A stretch of DNA of 64,000 nucleotides, taken from assembly GCA_963662795.1 (NCBI GenBank), contig OY759746.1, positions 3,808,001 to 3,872,000 of the forward strand. Reading direction: 5' to 3'. Below, one piece after another: positions 51,131-61,152 of the stretch (position 1 is the stretch's first letter; each line of letters starts with the position of its first letter). The stretch is from Spirochaetia bacterium. GTDB lineage: Bacteria > Spirochaetota > Spirochaetia > CADAEX01. The notes under the pieces were generated by a model. The model ran no database searches. It worked only from the letters and a program-made list of their open reading frames with translations, and was not told the origin of the DNA. The translations under genes and the position numbers were made by a program.

Positions 51131-51826
51131 TCAATTGCGCTGTTTTTGAAGAATATGAAATACCATCTCCGAGAGGAGCAAAGAGCTTCTTTTAAGGAAT
51201 TTTTTAAAGTCATGAGGGGCATTTCCGTCTGCCCTGTCAGAAATCACCCTTACAAGAAGGAACGGGATATTATTCATATAAGCTGTAAAGGCAACAGATG
51301 CCCCTTCCATTTCAACCGCATCTCCTTCAAGATCATCCTTAAGTATTTTTTTCTTTTCCTCTGAGGTATTGCTTATAAACTGATCTCCTGTAAGAATCCG
51401 CCCTTTCACAACTTTTATCCCTTCAGCCCTGAAAGTCATGGCTTTTTCAAAAAGTGCTCTGTCTGACTCAAGAACCCTCACTCCGGTATACGGAATTTCA
51501 CCGATTTTAAAGCCGAGCGATGATGCATCGAAATCGTGCTGAAGACAGTCAACAGATACTACGATATCACCAATATCAAGCGAAGGATTAATGGCTCCCG
51601 CAATACCTGAGAAAATTATCGCTTCAGGTTTGAATAAATCAGACAGTTTCTGGGTAGTCATGGCAGACATAACCTTCCCTACACCTGTCAATCCGACAAG
51701 TACCTCTGCTGTGCCTATATTGCCCCTGTAGTAATCCATATTTAAAATATTATATTTTTCGGAAACCTCAACCTTTCTGATAATATCTGAAACTTCTTCT
51801 TTCATTGCACAAAGCAGCAGAAACAT
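51131..51826 (-). CDS. mtnN: 5'-methylthioadenosine/S-adenosylhomocysteine nucleosidase
   Basis: AMKEE, GVGKV, SGIAG, TGDQF, VEMEGA, RVISD. Confidence 0.93.
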   Translation of the reverse strand: MFLLLCAMKEEVSDIIRKVEVSEKYNILNMDYYRGNIGTAEVLVGLTGVGKVMSAMTTQKLSDLFKPEAIIFSGIAGAINPSLDIGDIVVSVDCLQHDFDASSLGFKIGEIPYTGVRVLESDRALFEKAMTFRAEGIKVVKGRILTGDQFISNTSEEKKKILKDDLEGDAVEMEGASVAFTAYMNNIPFLLVRVISDRADGNAPHDFKKFLKRSSLLLSEMVFHILQKQRN

Positions 51827-51882
51827 CTTTAAACCTCCCTGACCGTGACTGTTATTATTTAATTATATAGTATCATTTTTTT

Positions 51883-52719
51883 CTATCCTCCCACTCCGAT
51901 CAGCGCCGCTCCCGCAATGGAGAGGACAAGTCCTATAATACGCAAAACTGTAAGTTTTTCATGAAGAACTATCTTCTGCAGCAGGACTGTCGGGGCAGGA
52001 TAAAGAGCCGAGAGAATAACTGCAATAATCAGATAGCCGGTGCGGGCCGCCAGAAGATAGAATACATTTGCAGCCATATCAAGAAATCCGCTTAGAATGG
52101 TGACACGCCTTGTTCCTTTTTCCAGTCTGATCCTGGATTTTCTGAAAATGGTAAGAATGATGAAAAGGGGAACTGTCGCGAATCTTGCGGCCACAAGCGG
52201 CCATAGTCCCGAGCCCTCTGATGTTCTTGAAATCAATATAAAAAAACCGCCGAAAAAGGCGCCTGAAAAAAGGCCAAGACGGACTGACCGCATTACATGG
52301 TCATTTTTATCCCCTTTTTCCCAGGAAAGTAATAAAATCGCAGGCAGGGAAAGCGCAACACCTGTCCAGGTCAGAAGAGGAGGCCTTTCGCCTGTAATAA
52401 AGCCGAAGAGTACCGGCAAGGCAGCGCCGGAAAGAGCCGCCAACGGAGAAATTACCGATGCGATACCTTTTGAAAGGCCGTGGAACAGTATCATAACCCC
52501 GACAGCTCCCGAAATACCGGCTGCCATTCCCCAGATAATGTCTGCTCCGGCAACACTTAAGGAGCCCAGCAAAGGGGCGGCAATGAGTACCGTTATCAGC
52601 CCGGCGCCCTGAGACCAGGCTACTGTAGCCGTGGTTGAGTTTTTTCTGGAGGAAAACCCTCCCAGAAAATCGGCAGTTCCAAATGCGAAAGCAGACATCA
52701 GAGCGTAAATAATAACCAT
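51883..52719 (-). CDS. EamA/DMT family transporter
   Basis: About ten TM segments, GTADFLGG, LSALYP..LHEKL. Confidence 0.85.
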   Translation of the reverse strand: MVIIYALMSAFAFGTADFLGGFSSRKNSTTATVAWSQGAGLITVLIAAPLLGSLSVAGADIIWGMAAGISGAVGVMILFHGLSKGIASVISPLAALSGAALPVLFGFITGERPPLLTWTGVALSLPAILLLSWEKGDKNDHVMRSVRLGLFSGAFFGGFFILISRTSEGSGLWPLVAARFATVPLFIILTIFRKSRIRLEKGTRRVTILSGFLDMAANVFYLLAARTGYLIIAVILSALYPAPTVLLQKIVLHEKLTVLRIIGLVLSIAGAALIGVGG

Positions 52720-52853
52720 GTAAAAATATTATCAGTTATACGGGTTTTAAAACAGCACCTTAACCTTCCTAATCAAATGTCTCCCGGTCCGCTTCTTCCG
52801 TATATTAAAAATAATTAGACAGATCCTTATAATCCTTTTATAATTTGCATACA

Positions 52854-53978
52854 ATGAATAACATAATATCAAAAAACAACACAAAACCGTTGTTCCCCAA
52901 TAAAGGTTTTTTATTTTTTATACTTGCCGCAACAGGCCTGTCTGCTTTTTTTCTCTCATCCTGCACAAGCGCGGCAAAAACTGTTTCCTCTGTAGTACCG
53001 GATGCCGCACTCAGGCAGTATGTGCTTGAAATTGAAGAGAACACAGAATTCATCCTGCCGCTTTATTACAGCGATATAATTTCACTGCCGCCCGATACAG
53101 GCAGATTCATCACTTACGATGGAGAGACCGGCAGTTATTATGTCCCCGGTAATGCTAAAGCAGCTGCGGCCGGAGGCGGGAATTCCTCATTTGAGACTGT
53201 ACCGGTATCACCAGGGGAAGGGGAACTTTCAGGATTCAGCTGCACCGCCAAAAATGAGGTTATCTACTGCAGTGCTGACGGAAATGTTTACAGAAACAGG
53301 AAAACCGCAGCAGGGATCTGGGAAGAGAAAAAGATATTTACAGCTGATCTGCAATCAGGCGCGGATAAAATCACGGCAATGGCAGCTGATGATAAAAATG
53401 TTTACCTCTGCACCAACAGAGAGGACTCAGGTATCTACAGATACACACATTCAGGAAAAGCCGAGGCTGTCATTAAACTAAAATATACTGCTGCTTCCGC
53501 GAAGAAGGAAATCAGGGCAATCGACATTAAAAGCAGCTACCTCTATCTCCTTTTTGATTCCGGGTTAATTTTACTTGCCGACTATGAGGAAAGAGGAGTT
53601 GAGGCAGGATATCTCCCCTCTGACAGGGATGCAGTGTTTACTTTTTTTACAGTCAGGCAGGAAGGCAGCAGCTCTGACCTCCTTCTTGCCCGTAAAGCTG
53701 TGAAAGGGATAAGGAGTTATTCACTTTTCCCCCTCTCATCCATGCACAAAATGAGGATTGAGGAAGGCTTTATCAAAAAAACAAATCCCCCTGTTTCAGG
53801 GTGCCGACATGTCCTTACAGACAGCAGCGGCAGGATAATTTTTCCTGTAAAAAGCACCCTTGTAAACCTTGATAATGTTATTCCCGGTTTTATTACTGTT
53901 ACGGGTATGATTCAGGATTCAGAAAACGGGGAAAAGATTCTTGTTGTTGCTTCTGTTGGCCGCAACACCGGCAGTTGA
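52854..53978 (+). CDS. Hypothetical lipoprotein, possible beta-propeller
   Basis: Lipobox LSSC; repeated short beta-strand motifs. Confidence 0.55.
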   Translation: MNNIISKNNTKPLFPNKGFLFFILAATGLSAFFLSSCTSAAKTVSSVVPDAALRQYVLEIEENTEFILPLYYSDIISLPPDTGRFITYDGETGSYYVPGNAKAAAAGGGNSSFETVPVSPGEGELSGFSCTAKNEVIYCSADGNVYRNRKTAAGIWEEKKIFTADLQSGADKITAMAADDKNVYLCTNREDSGIYRYTHSGKAEAVIKLKYTAASAKKEIRAIDIKSSYLYLLFDSGLILLADYEERGVEAGYLPSDRDAVFTFFTVRQEGSSSDLLLARKAVKGIRSYSLFPLSSMHKMRIEEGFIKKTNPPVSGCRHVLTDSSGRIIFPVKSTLVNLDNVIPGFITVTGMIQDSENGEKILVVASVGRNTGS

Positions 53979-54962
53979 ATCCTGGTTTACAATTGAGGCG
54001 CATGGCCTGCCGGTAAGTACATCAAGCACGGCTGCTGCGCATTTCCTCTGTAAATCAGCCTGGGATTCAACCGAATACCAGGCAGCGTGATCAGTAAGAA
54101 TTATATTGTTAACAGAAAAAAGAGGGGAATCTGAGGGAAGCGGCTCTATTTCATGAACATCAACAGCAGCGCCGGCAATCTGTTTTTCGTCAAGAGCCTT
54201 AATCATCGATTCCGTGTCAATTACAGCTCCCCGTGAAGTATTTATTATAATTGCGGTATTTTTCATCAGCTTGAATTCCCTGCTTCCTATCATCCCTCTT
54301 GTCTCATCTGTCAATGGGATATTAAGGCTTATAAAATCACATTCCGCAAGCAGCTCATCAAGGCCGCACAGGAATGCCGGCCCGCCGTATGCGGATATTT
54401 CCGACAGCAGTGCCCTCTTTTCATCAGGATGATGATCGAATACCATGACAGAGGAAAACCCCAGTGATATTATTTTTTTGTGGAGAGCCTGGCCTGTCTT
54501 GCCGTAGCCGATTATTCCGAAATTTTTTCCGGATATTCTGTGCACCGGCACTTCTCCCCTTATGTTCCACTTTCCCTTGCGGATAAGGGTGTCTTTTACA
54601 GTTATATTCCTCACACAGCTGAAAAGGAGGGCAATAATATGCTCAGAAACTTCATCACTGCAGTAATCGGGGACATTTACAACTTTTATTCCCTTTTCAG
54701 ATGCGTACTTTACATCAACATTATCATATCCTATGCCGTAGCGCCCGATGACTGTGCATTTTTCAAGCCCTGAAATAAAGTTTTTGTTGATTTTATACAG
54801 GTTTACCAGGAGGGCATCAGCGTCTCTGCAAAGCTGCTTTAGTTCGGCCGGATCAGTAATTCCGCCGGCTTCTATCACTTCGCAGCCGTTTGAGCCTAAA
54901 ACTGTTTTTTCGGGATTGTGGTTATCATATCGATCTTCAAGAAGCACTATTTTATATTTCAT
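53919..54962 (-). CDS. D-isomer specific 2-hydroxyacid dehydrogenase (CtBP-like)
   Basis: RYGIGYDNVD, NVPDYC, GIIGYGKTG, NTSRG, DVHEIEP, DHAAWYS. Confidence 0.9.
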   Translation of the reverse strand: MKYKIVLLEDRYDNHNPEKTVLGSNGCEVIEAGGITDPAELKQLCRDADALLVNLYKINKNFISGLEKCTVIGRYGIGYDNVDVKYASEKGIKVVNVPDYCSDEVSEHIIALLFSCVRNITVKDTLIRKGKWNIRGEVPVHRISGKNFGIIGYGKTGQALHKKIISLGFSSVMVFDHHPDEKRALLSEISAYGGPAFLCGLDELLAECDFISLNIPLTDETRGMIGSREFKLMKNTAIIINTSRGAVIDTESMIKALDEKQIAGAAVDVHEIEPLPSDSPLFSVNNIILTDHAAWYSVESQADLQRKCAAAVLDVLTGRPCASIVNQDSTAGVAANRSNNKNLFPVF

Positions 54963-55036
54963 TGGGATTCAGCCTAAAACATAAAAGGGGTAATTTCAAG
55001 CAGTTTTTTCTCTGCGTGTATTGCTTTACAGCAAAT

Positions 55037-56296
55037 CTAAAACAGCTCTTCAAGCACATACAGATAGTTTTCCCCGGTGCCGAAGATTATCCATCTGCCT
55101 GCTATTACAGGTGAGCTGAGTATCTCTCCGTCTGTATCGATTTCCCATAAGACTTTACCGCTTCCTGCATCAATACATTTAAGGGAAGGGTTTATTTCCA
55201 GATATTTATCCCCCCTTGTTCCAAGGTATATCCTGTTGCCAGCAACTGAGGGGGCTGATGAGACAGGCGCATCAAATTTCCTTTCCCACAAAAGTTCTCC
55301 TGTTGTGGATTTGAAAGCTTTCAGGGAATCATTGCCCGGGCTGTATATTACATTGTCCTTCCATACCGCCGGAGCCATGTAATCAAGAAGGTAGATATTC
55401 TCCCAGAACAGGTCTTCCGCTATGTAGTTTTCGTAATCTACAGGATCTGTTACTTCCGTATTTTTCCATATTATTTCCCCTGTAAGGGCATCGAGTGCAT
55501 AGTACTCAAACAGGAACTGGTTGCCAATTACGCCGCAGGCGGCAAAATGGACAGCATCTCCCGATACTGCGGGAAACGAATACCAGGAAAGACCGTCTTC
55601 ATCAGTGCGGAACAGCCAGAGAAACCTGTTTTCATCAATACTGTATGCACCCAGGCTGAACGGATCGTCTTCCGGCCCCGGGAGAAAATAGACTACTCCG
55701 TTATTGATCTGGAAGCTGTTATATTCCCAGACATAATTGGTAACGGCAGACAACTCAACACCCTCTTTTGAGAAAAAATGGGTAGCCCCCGTATCTGTTG
55801 TAAAAACTATTGAATCGTTATAACCGATAATTGTCGAGTTTACAGGGAAACCCGTAAAGTGCTCCCAGGCAGGATCCCCGCTTTTATGGTAAACCGCGTA
55901 GATGTACCCATCAGTCGATCCGAAGTAAACTTTTTCATCATCAACATAGGGAACAGAGTTTACAGGAGCTCTTGTCTTGAAAACCCATCTCATAAATCCT
56001 GTGTTGATATCAAGCGCGTAAAAATTGCTGTCTGATGAGCCGAAGTAAAGAGTGTTCTTATAAACTACCGGCGGATTAAAGTGCCTTTCCCGGGCGCTCC
56101 CTTCCTGAAGCTGCAGTTTCCATTTTATCCCTACCGGAGGATATATTTTATCACTTGAATATCCCCTGCCCCCTTCTCCGCGGAACATGACCCAGTCCCT
56201 GCTGGATCTGTATCCGCACCCGGAAAAAGCAAGGAGAATGAAAAAAACAGGCAGAACCGCAACTAGCCGGCGGCTGATAAAGAGATTTTTTTTCAT
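55037..56296 (-). CDS. PQQ-like beta-propeller lipoprotein (BamB-like repeats)
   Basis: Lipobox FSGC; repeated P.V....YFGS.D..FYALD..TG..W. Confidence 0.85.
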   Translation of the reverse strand: MKKNLFISRRLVAVLPVFFILLAFSGCGYRSSRDWVMFRGEGGRGYSSDKIYPPVGIKWKLQLQEGSARERHFNPPVVYKNTLYFGSSDSNFYALDINTGFMRWVFKTRAPVNSVPYVDDEKVYFGSTDGYIYAVYHKSGDPAWEHFTGFPVNSTIIGYNDSIVFTTDTGATHFFSKEGVELSAVTNYVWEYNSFQINNGVVYFLPGPEDDPFSLGAYSIDENRFLWLFRTDEDGLSWYSFPAVSGDAVHFAACGVIGNQFLFEYYALDALTGEIIWKNTEVTDPVDYENYIAEDLFWENIYLLDYMAPAVWKDNVIYSPGNDSLKAFKSTTGELLWERKFDAPVSSAPSVAGNRIYLGTRGDKYLEINPSLKCIDAGSGKVLWEIDTDGEILSSPVIAGRWIIFGTGENYLYVLEELF

Positions 56297-58518
56297 CAGT
56301 AAAATACTCCTCTGAGGCTTAAGAGGTATTTAAAGTGTTCTGTAACACCTTTTGGAGATGTCAGGGAGATGAGTCTTGAATATTCGGCCCCGAACCGGTT
56401 CACAACCTCATCATACTCATTCCCGGTATAGACACTCCTGTAAAGGAGTTCTGTAAAAAGTATTGCAAATTTCCTGAATTCACGGTTTATCTCACCGTAC
56501 TCTTCAGGAGTCATTGTCTTTAACTTGAGCGGATATCCTGAAAGGAACAGTCTGTGAAGAATATATTTGTACCTCTCTTCAAACGAAAGGGGAACCGGCT
56601 TTAATGATTTAAAGGCAAGAGAAAAGAGGATAAAAGCCTTGTAAAGATAAAGGAGCGCCGCGACAGATGCAAAAATTAGTGCGGTAAGGGACAAAAGCAT
56701 CTTCCATGGAAAGATAAACGCCTGACTCCTGTCTTTGACGTCACGTATAATCGGAATTACAACCTGGGCGCTGTTGGGATCTCCGTTTTCAGGCGGAATA
56801 GCGAATTCAGTAGTTTCAAAATCCACCCAGCCGAATCCCGGTACATAAAATTGTACCCATGAGTGCCTGTGGGCAGTGGTAACCAGCTTAAGCTTTTCAA
56901 GAGGGATATCGGCAATTTTATCGAGGCTCTGCTTTAAGACAGATAAGGCCTCAATGTGTGAAGGAGACTGGAGCCCGTCAGAAGCAAGATACCCCCGCAC
57001 AACGCGTGACGGAATCCCGGACATCCTGCCAATAAGAGCGGCAGCATTTGAAAATTCAGTACAGTCGCCTGAAAAATCTCCGGCAATAAAACGGCTTAAC
57101 CGCTCGACAGTTGAATCCTCCTCATAGCCTAGTTCATACTGATATTTTGAAAACCCTTTAAGGATAGCGCTTATTTTTTTATTGTATGAAACATTTTCAA
57201 TACCGAGGGAGGCAATATATTCGCCGAATATTTTTTTATGCCTTTCATCAAGAGGCACTTCAAGATATGAAGCAAGGTCCTTACTTTCATCATCTGACAG
57301 GGGGCCGGTATCAAGCCTCTGGAGTATTTCAGTATCAAGAGGAGATATCATGGATATGGAATTATAAGAATAGGAAAAAGGATAAGTTTCCTGCGAATAG
57401 ACTGTCGGCTCGACAAGCTTTGGAAGATACGGGAGAACCCGCTCAGGTATTGCTGAAAGGAAAAAAGCCGGGATTTCTTCCCTGAACCCGCCTGAATCGC
57501 CCGAACTCTGATATGCATATGGATTTACCCATGTCTCAAGCAGCCTCTGTGTCTTTAAGGTATTGAGGGTTTCCTCGCTAAGCCCGCCGGCGGCAGATGA
57601 CCCGTTTTCCGAATAGACAAACCCCTTGACCGGATTAAAGCCTCCAAGGTAATCCCAGGCGGAATAAAGATCGCTCCTGTCAGAAGCAACTATCATTACA
57701 GCATACTGTTTGCTGTTACTTGTTGAGGAGGCCCTGCTCCGTCTGCCCCACTTCTCTGAAGGAACGCCTGACAACTTTCCATCCTTGTTATCCTCCTCCC
57801 CTTCCGCGCCGGAGGATGATATTGCCTTTTCATTCCTGAAATTGAGTATGAAATCGTTGGCGGCAAAATCCACTGGAATAAAAAGGACTGCTGCTGCAAG
57901 AAGAGGCACCATCACGCCGAAAAAGATAAGAATTTCTCTTTTAAAATCAGACAGTCTGCCGCTCCCGGCGCGCGAACTTGAGTTATAAAGGAGCAGAGAG
58001 AGAAAGAGGTACGAGATAATCAAAAAAATATAGAACAGGGGAATCATAGAGGAGGAACTCTGCCATGAAGACTCCGAAGCTCTTGAAAACTCAAGAAGAC
58101 GGTAAAAAATGTAATAGATAAACGCAGGTTCAATAAAGACGAGTGAAACAGCACCTGATCTGAATACAAGGAAACTGTAGATAAAAAGGGCCGGGATAAT
58201 GATAATGGTTTTGGGAATAAACTCATGAAAACCCGGGACTACTGCCAGGAGAAATGGAAAGAGAACAGCGATGAACAGGATTAAGCGCCGTTTCCCTGAC
58301 TGTATTTTTTTATGCATGGAAATCTGCGAAAAGAGATAAGAAAGAACAGCTTCAAAGGGAACAAGGAGAAACCAGAAAGCAAAGCCGGCGCTGTCATAAC
58401 CGACAACAACAGAGGATGAGAGTAAAGGGGCGCAAACTGCCGCAAAGTATACTGTGAGCCTTAAAACAAGGGGGAGTAAATATATTTTGTTGCTGTTTTT
58501 ACTGCCGTTGTAAAGCAT
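56296..58518 (-). CDS. Membrane protein with transglutaminase-like domain
   Basis: N-terminal TMs; GDCTEF..GIPSRVVRGY..HSWVQFY..GWVDFETT. Confidence 0.85.
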   Translation of the reverse strand: MLYNGSKNSNKIYLLPLVLRLTVYFAAVCAPLLSSSVVVGYDSAGFAFWFLLVPFEAVLSYLFSQISMHKKIQSGKRRLILFIAVLFPFLLAVVPGFHEFIPKTIIIIPALFIYSFLVFRSGAVSLVFIEPAFIYYIFYRLLEFSRASESSWQSSSSMIPLFYIFLIISYLFLSLLLYNSSSRAGSGRLSDFKREILIFFGVMVPLLAAAVLFIPVDFAANDFILNFRNEKAISSSGAEGEEDNKDGKLSGVPSEKWGRRSRASSTSNSKQYAVMIVASDRSDLYSAWDYLGGFNPVKGFVYSENGSSAAGGLSEETLNTLKTQRLLETWVNPYAYQSSGDSGGFREEIPAFFLSAIPERVLPYLPKLVEPTVYSQETYPFSYSYNSISMISPLDTEILQRLDTGPLSDDESKDLASYLEVPLDERHKKIFGEYIASLGIENVSYNKKISAILKGFSKYQYELGYEEDSTVERLSRFIAGDFSGDCTEFSNAAALIGRMSGIPSRVVRGYLASDGLQSPSHIEALSVLKQSLDKIADIPLEKLKLVTTAHRHSWVQFYVPGFGWVDFETTEFAIPPENGDPNSAQVVIPIIRDVKDRSQAFIFPWKMLLSLTALIFASVAALLYLYKAFILFSLAFKSLKPVPLSFEERYKYILHRLFLSGYPLKLKTMTPEEYGEINREFRKFAILFTELLYRSVYTGNEYDEVVNRFGAEYSRLISLTSPKGVTEHFKYLLSLRGVFY

Positions 58519-58524
58519 CTTTCT

Positions 58525-59964
58525 TTAAGCCTCTTTATCCTTTTTAACGGATATGGTTTTATCTCCCATATTCATTCTGATCTTAACCATTTTAATCTTA
58601 TCCCCCGGAAAGGATATCTTCTGCCGGGAAGTCCTGTTTCCCCTTCCGGCAGTAATTACCGGCGACAGCCGTGCCATCCCCCAGTAAAACGATAACGGCC
58701 TGTAAAGCGCGCAAAATGCAAAATCCCTTATCCTGCAGGGGATATAATTGCCTCCATCCCCGTATTTTTCGTCATTTTTGTATTTCCCTGTATCAAATTC
58801 AGGAAGATAGCACGCAGAAACAGCATCGCCGTCCATTTTTTTAAGGGCAGGCATAAGTATATCCGATGTTTCTGCAAAAATGCAGACTTTACTTCCGGGA
58901 AGTATTTCAGAGAGAAAGGAAAGGTCTGTAGTCCTGTCACTATCCGATGCTGCGGAAGAAGAGAGAAGCTGGGAAGCCCTGTAAAAATCAGAGTTTTCCC
59001 TGACTATACATCTGCTGCCGTCGATGAGTATCTGGAATTCACATTTTCCCGCTTCCTCTTTTGCCCTTCTGAGAAAGGTATAAAAAAACTCCCTGAAATA
59101 TTTACCCCTTATAAAACTTCTGTATGAATCTCCCTTGATGCCATTCCGGGAACCTGCCGCGTCTGAGGCATTACTTCTGTCGTCTCCGCTCAGGTAGATG
59201 AAAGTCATCAGCTCAGATTCCTCCCTTCCCCCCGGCGATATCCTTGTAACAAGTTTTCCGATCTTTCCACTTGACTTCCAGTTGATATCCCTGTAAAGAT
59301 CTCCCTGCACATATTCCCTCATCAGATATTTTTCCATATCATTGTCATACTTTCTGTGCTTCGTAATAAGATCTGTCCTTAAAAAGGAAAGATCGGCCCG
59401 GGCATCATGGCTGTAGCCCGGCAGTACGGGAAAATCCTTTAATTTTTCACTGAATATTTTTATCCTCACCAGTGCGAATATGTCCTCCGCAAAAATATTT
59501 ATCATGCCGGAAACAGTTCCGGGATAGCGGAATGAAAAACTGAATCTGAAAGTCCCTTTGCTGTCTGATCTGTGCCTGCCTGTAGATAAGGGAGAAACAG
59601 AACCGGAAGTTCTCCCCTGTGCCTTGATGACAAGAGCGTAACGGGAAAACAGCGGCGGTTTCTTCCCCTCAGCTGTTACTGTCTGCCTGTTTAAAGGAGT
59701 GTCATCATTATCATTTAAAGGGGCGGAATCAATTATACCCTCAGATTTCCATACAATCCTTTCAACAGGCGAAACTCTTGTGTAAAAAAAAATCAGCCCC
59801 CACACTGAAAGGATAAATACTATAAAAAATGAGGAAACTGATACAGCTGTATAGTTGGATACAGTGAGTCCCCTTCCAAGCGAATAAAGTGAAAAGAAAA
59901 ACATTACAGTTCCGGGAAGAGTAAAAGGATAACTGTTGATAAAAGCTTTAAAAAGCTTCTTCAT
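58525..59964 (-). CDS. DUF58 domain protein
   Basis: REYVQGDLYRDINWKSSGK. Confidence 0.85.
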   Translation of the reverse strand: MKKLFKAFINSYPFTLPGTVMFFFSLYSLGRGLTVSNYTAVSVSSFFIVFILSVWGLIFFYTRVSPVERIVWKSEGIIDSAPLNDNDDTPLNRQTVTAEGKKPPLFSRYALVIKAQGRTSGSVSPLSTGRHRSDSKGTFRFSFSFRYPGTVSGMINIFAEDIFALVRIKIFSEKLKDFPVLPGYSHDARADLSFLRTDLITKHRKYDNDMEKYLMREYVQGDLYRDINWKSSGKIGKLVTRISPGGREESELMTFIYLSGDDRSNASDAAGSRNGIKGDSYRSFIRGKYFREFFYTFLRRAKEEAGKCEFQILIDGSRCIVRENSDFYRASQLLSSSAASDSDRTTDLSFLSEILPGSKVCIFAETSDILMPALKKMDGDAVSACYLPEFDTGKYKNDEKYGDGGNYIPCRIRDFAFCALYRPLSFYWGMARLSPVITAGRGNRTSRQKISFPGDKIKMVKIRMNMGDKTISVKKDKEA

Positions 59965-60968
59965 CTCGCGACTTTAATTGATTCGATTATATCAGCAAGT
60001 ATGCCGGCAGGAACTCCCGCGCTTTCCCTTACTGTAACCCTGTGGCTGATTGCAGGAACAAACAGCTCCTTGATTATATCAGGTGTAACATAGTTAAGCC
60101 CTCTCACCAGTGCAAGCGCTCTTGCAAGACGTGAAAGCTTGACGCCTGCCCGCGGGCTTGCGCCCTGAAGCAGATAGGGATTCTCCCGGGTTGCCCTTAT
60201 GGCTTTCACAATATAATCAACAAGCTCATTATGAATAGTAACCTTGTCTACCATCTCCTGCCATCCGATAAGTTCTTCCGCCTTTACAACCTGTTTGAAG
60301 GATGCCCACCCGTCGCTCCTGCTGTGCTGAATTACAATGCTTTTTTCATCATCAAAACCGGGAATGCCCATTGATATCTGTATCATAAACCTGTCAAGCT
60401 GCGGTGCGGGAAGAGGAAAGAGGTGCGCCCCTTCGAGGTTCATTGTGGCAATAATAAAAAACGGGGAAGGAAGATTATATGTCTTTCCTTCAACAGTTAC
60501 CTTCTGTTCTTCCATAGCCTGGAAAAAAGAACCCTGTGTTTTGGGTGTAAGGAGGTTTATCTCATCACAGAGGACAAAATTTGCGAAAATCGGCCCCTTG
60601 CTGAACATGAAATTACCATCTTTGCCGTCAAGACGTGTATAACCGATTATATCCTGAGGCAGCAGATCGACGGTACACTGTATCCTGCTGAACGGGTCGA
60701 TCTGTATCGTGCTGTCTCCCGTATCAACAGTTTTATAGTGGGAATTATCGATTGAGCCTGCAAGGGCTCTTGCGAGTGATGTTTTACCGACACCGTGTGT
60801 ATCTGCAAGGATGACATGACCGCCCGCTATCTTTGAGGCGATTATATATTCGAGCCGCAGCCTGTTCACATAGATAACACTTTTAATATTATCTATAAGT
60901 GCTGCAATTTTTCCGCTTATTTCTACTGCCCGCTCTTCATGCAGGGCTTTTGACATGCTTTCTTCCAT
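59961..60968 (-). CDS. MoxR-family AAA+ ATPase
   Basis: GVGKT, RIQCTVDLLPQDI, GPIF, DEIN, PFFIIATMN, LPAPQLDRF, GASPR. Confidence 0.92.
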   Translation of the reverse strand: MEESMSKALHEERAVEISGKIAALIDNIKSVIYVNRLRLEYIIASKIAGGHVILADTHGVGKTSLARALAGSIDNSHYKTVDTGDSTIQIDPFSRIQCTVDLLPQDIIGYTRLDGKDGNFMFSKGPIFANFVLCDEINLLTPKTQGSFFQAMEEQKVTVEGKTYNLPSPFFIIATMNLEGAHLFPLPAPQLDRFMIQISMGIPGFDDEKSIVIQHSRSDGWASFKQVVKAEELIGWQEMVDKVTIHNELVDYIVKAIRATRENPYLLQGASPRAGVKLSRLARALALVRGLNYVTPDIIKELFVPAISHRVTVRESAGVPAGILADIIESIKVAR

Positions 60969-61152
60969 AATGTCTAGAATTTAATTCAAATTTCTTTTCT
61001 AATCAATCATTATTGTCAGGAGAAAGGAAAAGTGCCGCAATATTCCGGAGGGCTGCAAAAACTGAACCTGTAATGAAATATACAGGTCTCTGTATGATTT
61101 TAAAAAAGTAGAACATTACGAAAAGCTGTTGTATACTTAAGCAGATACAAAT

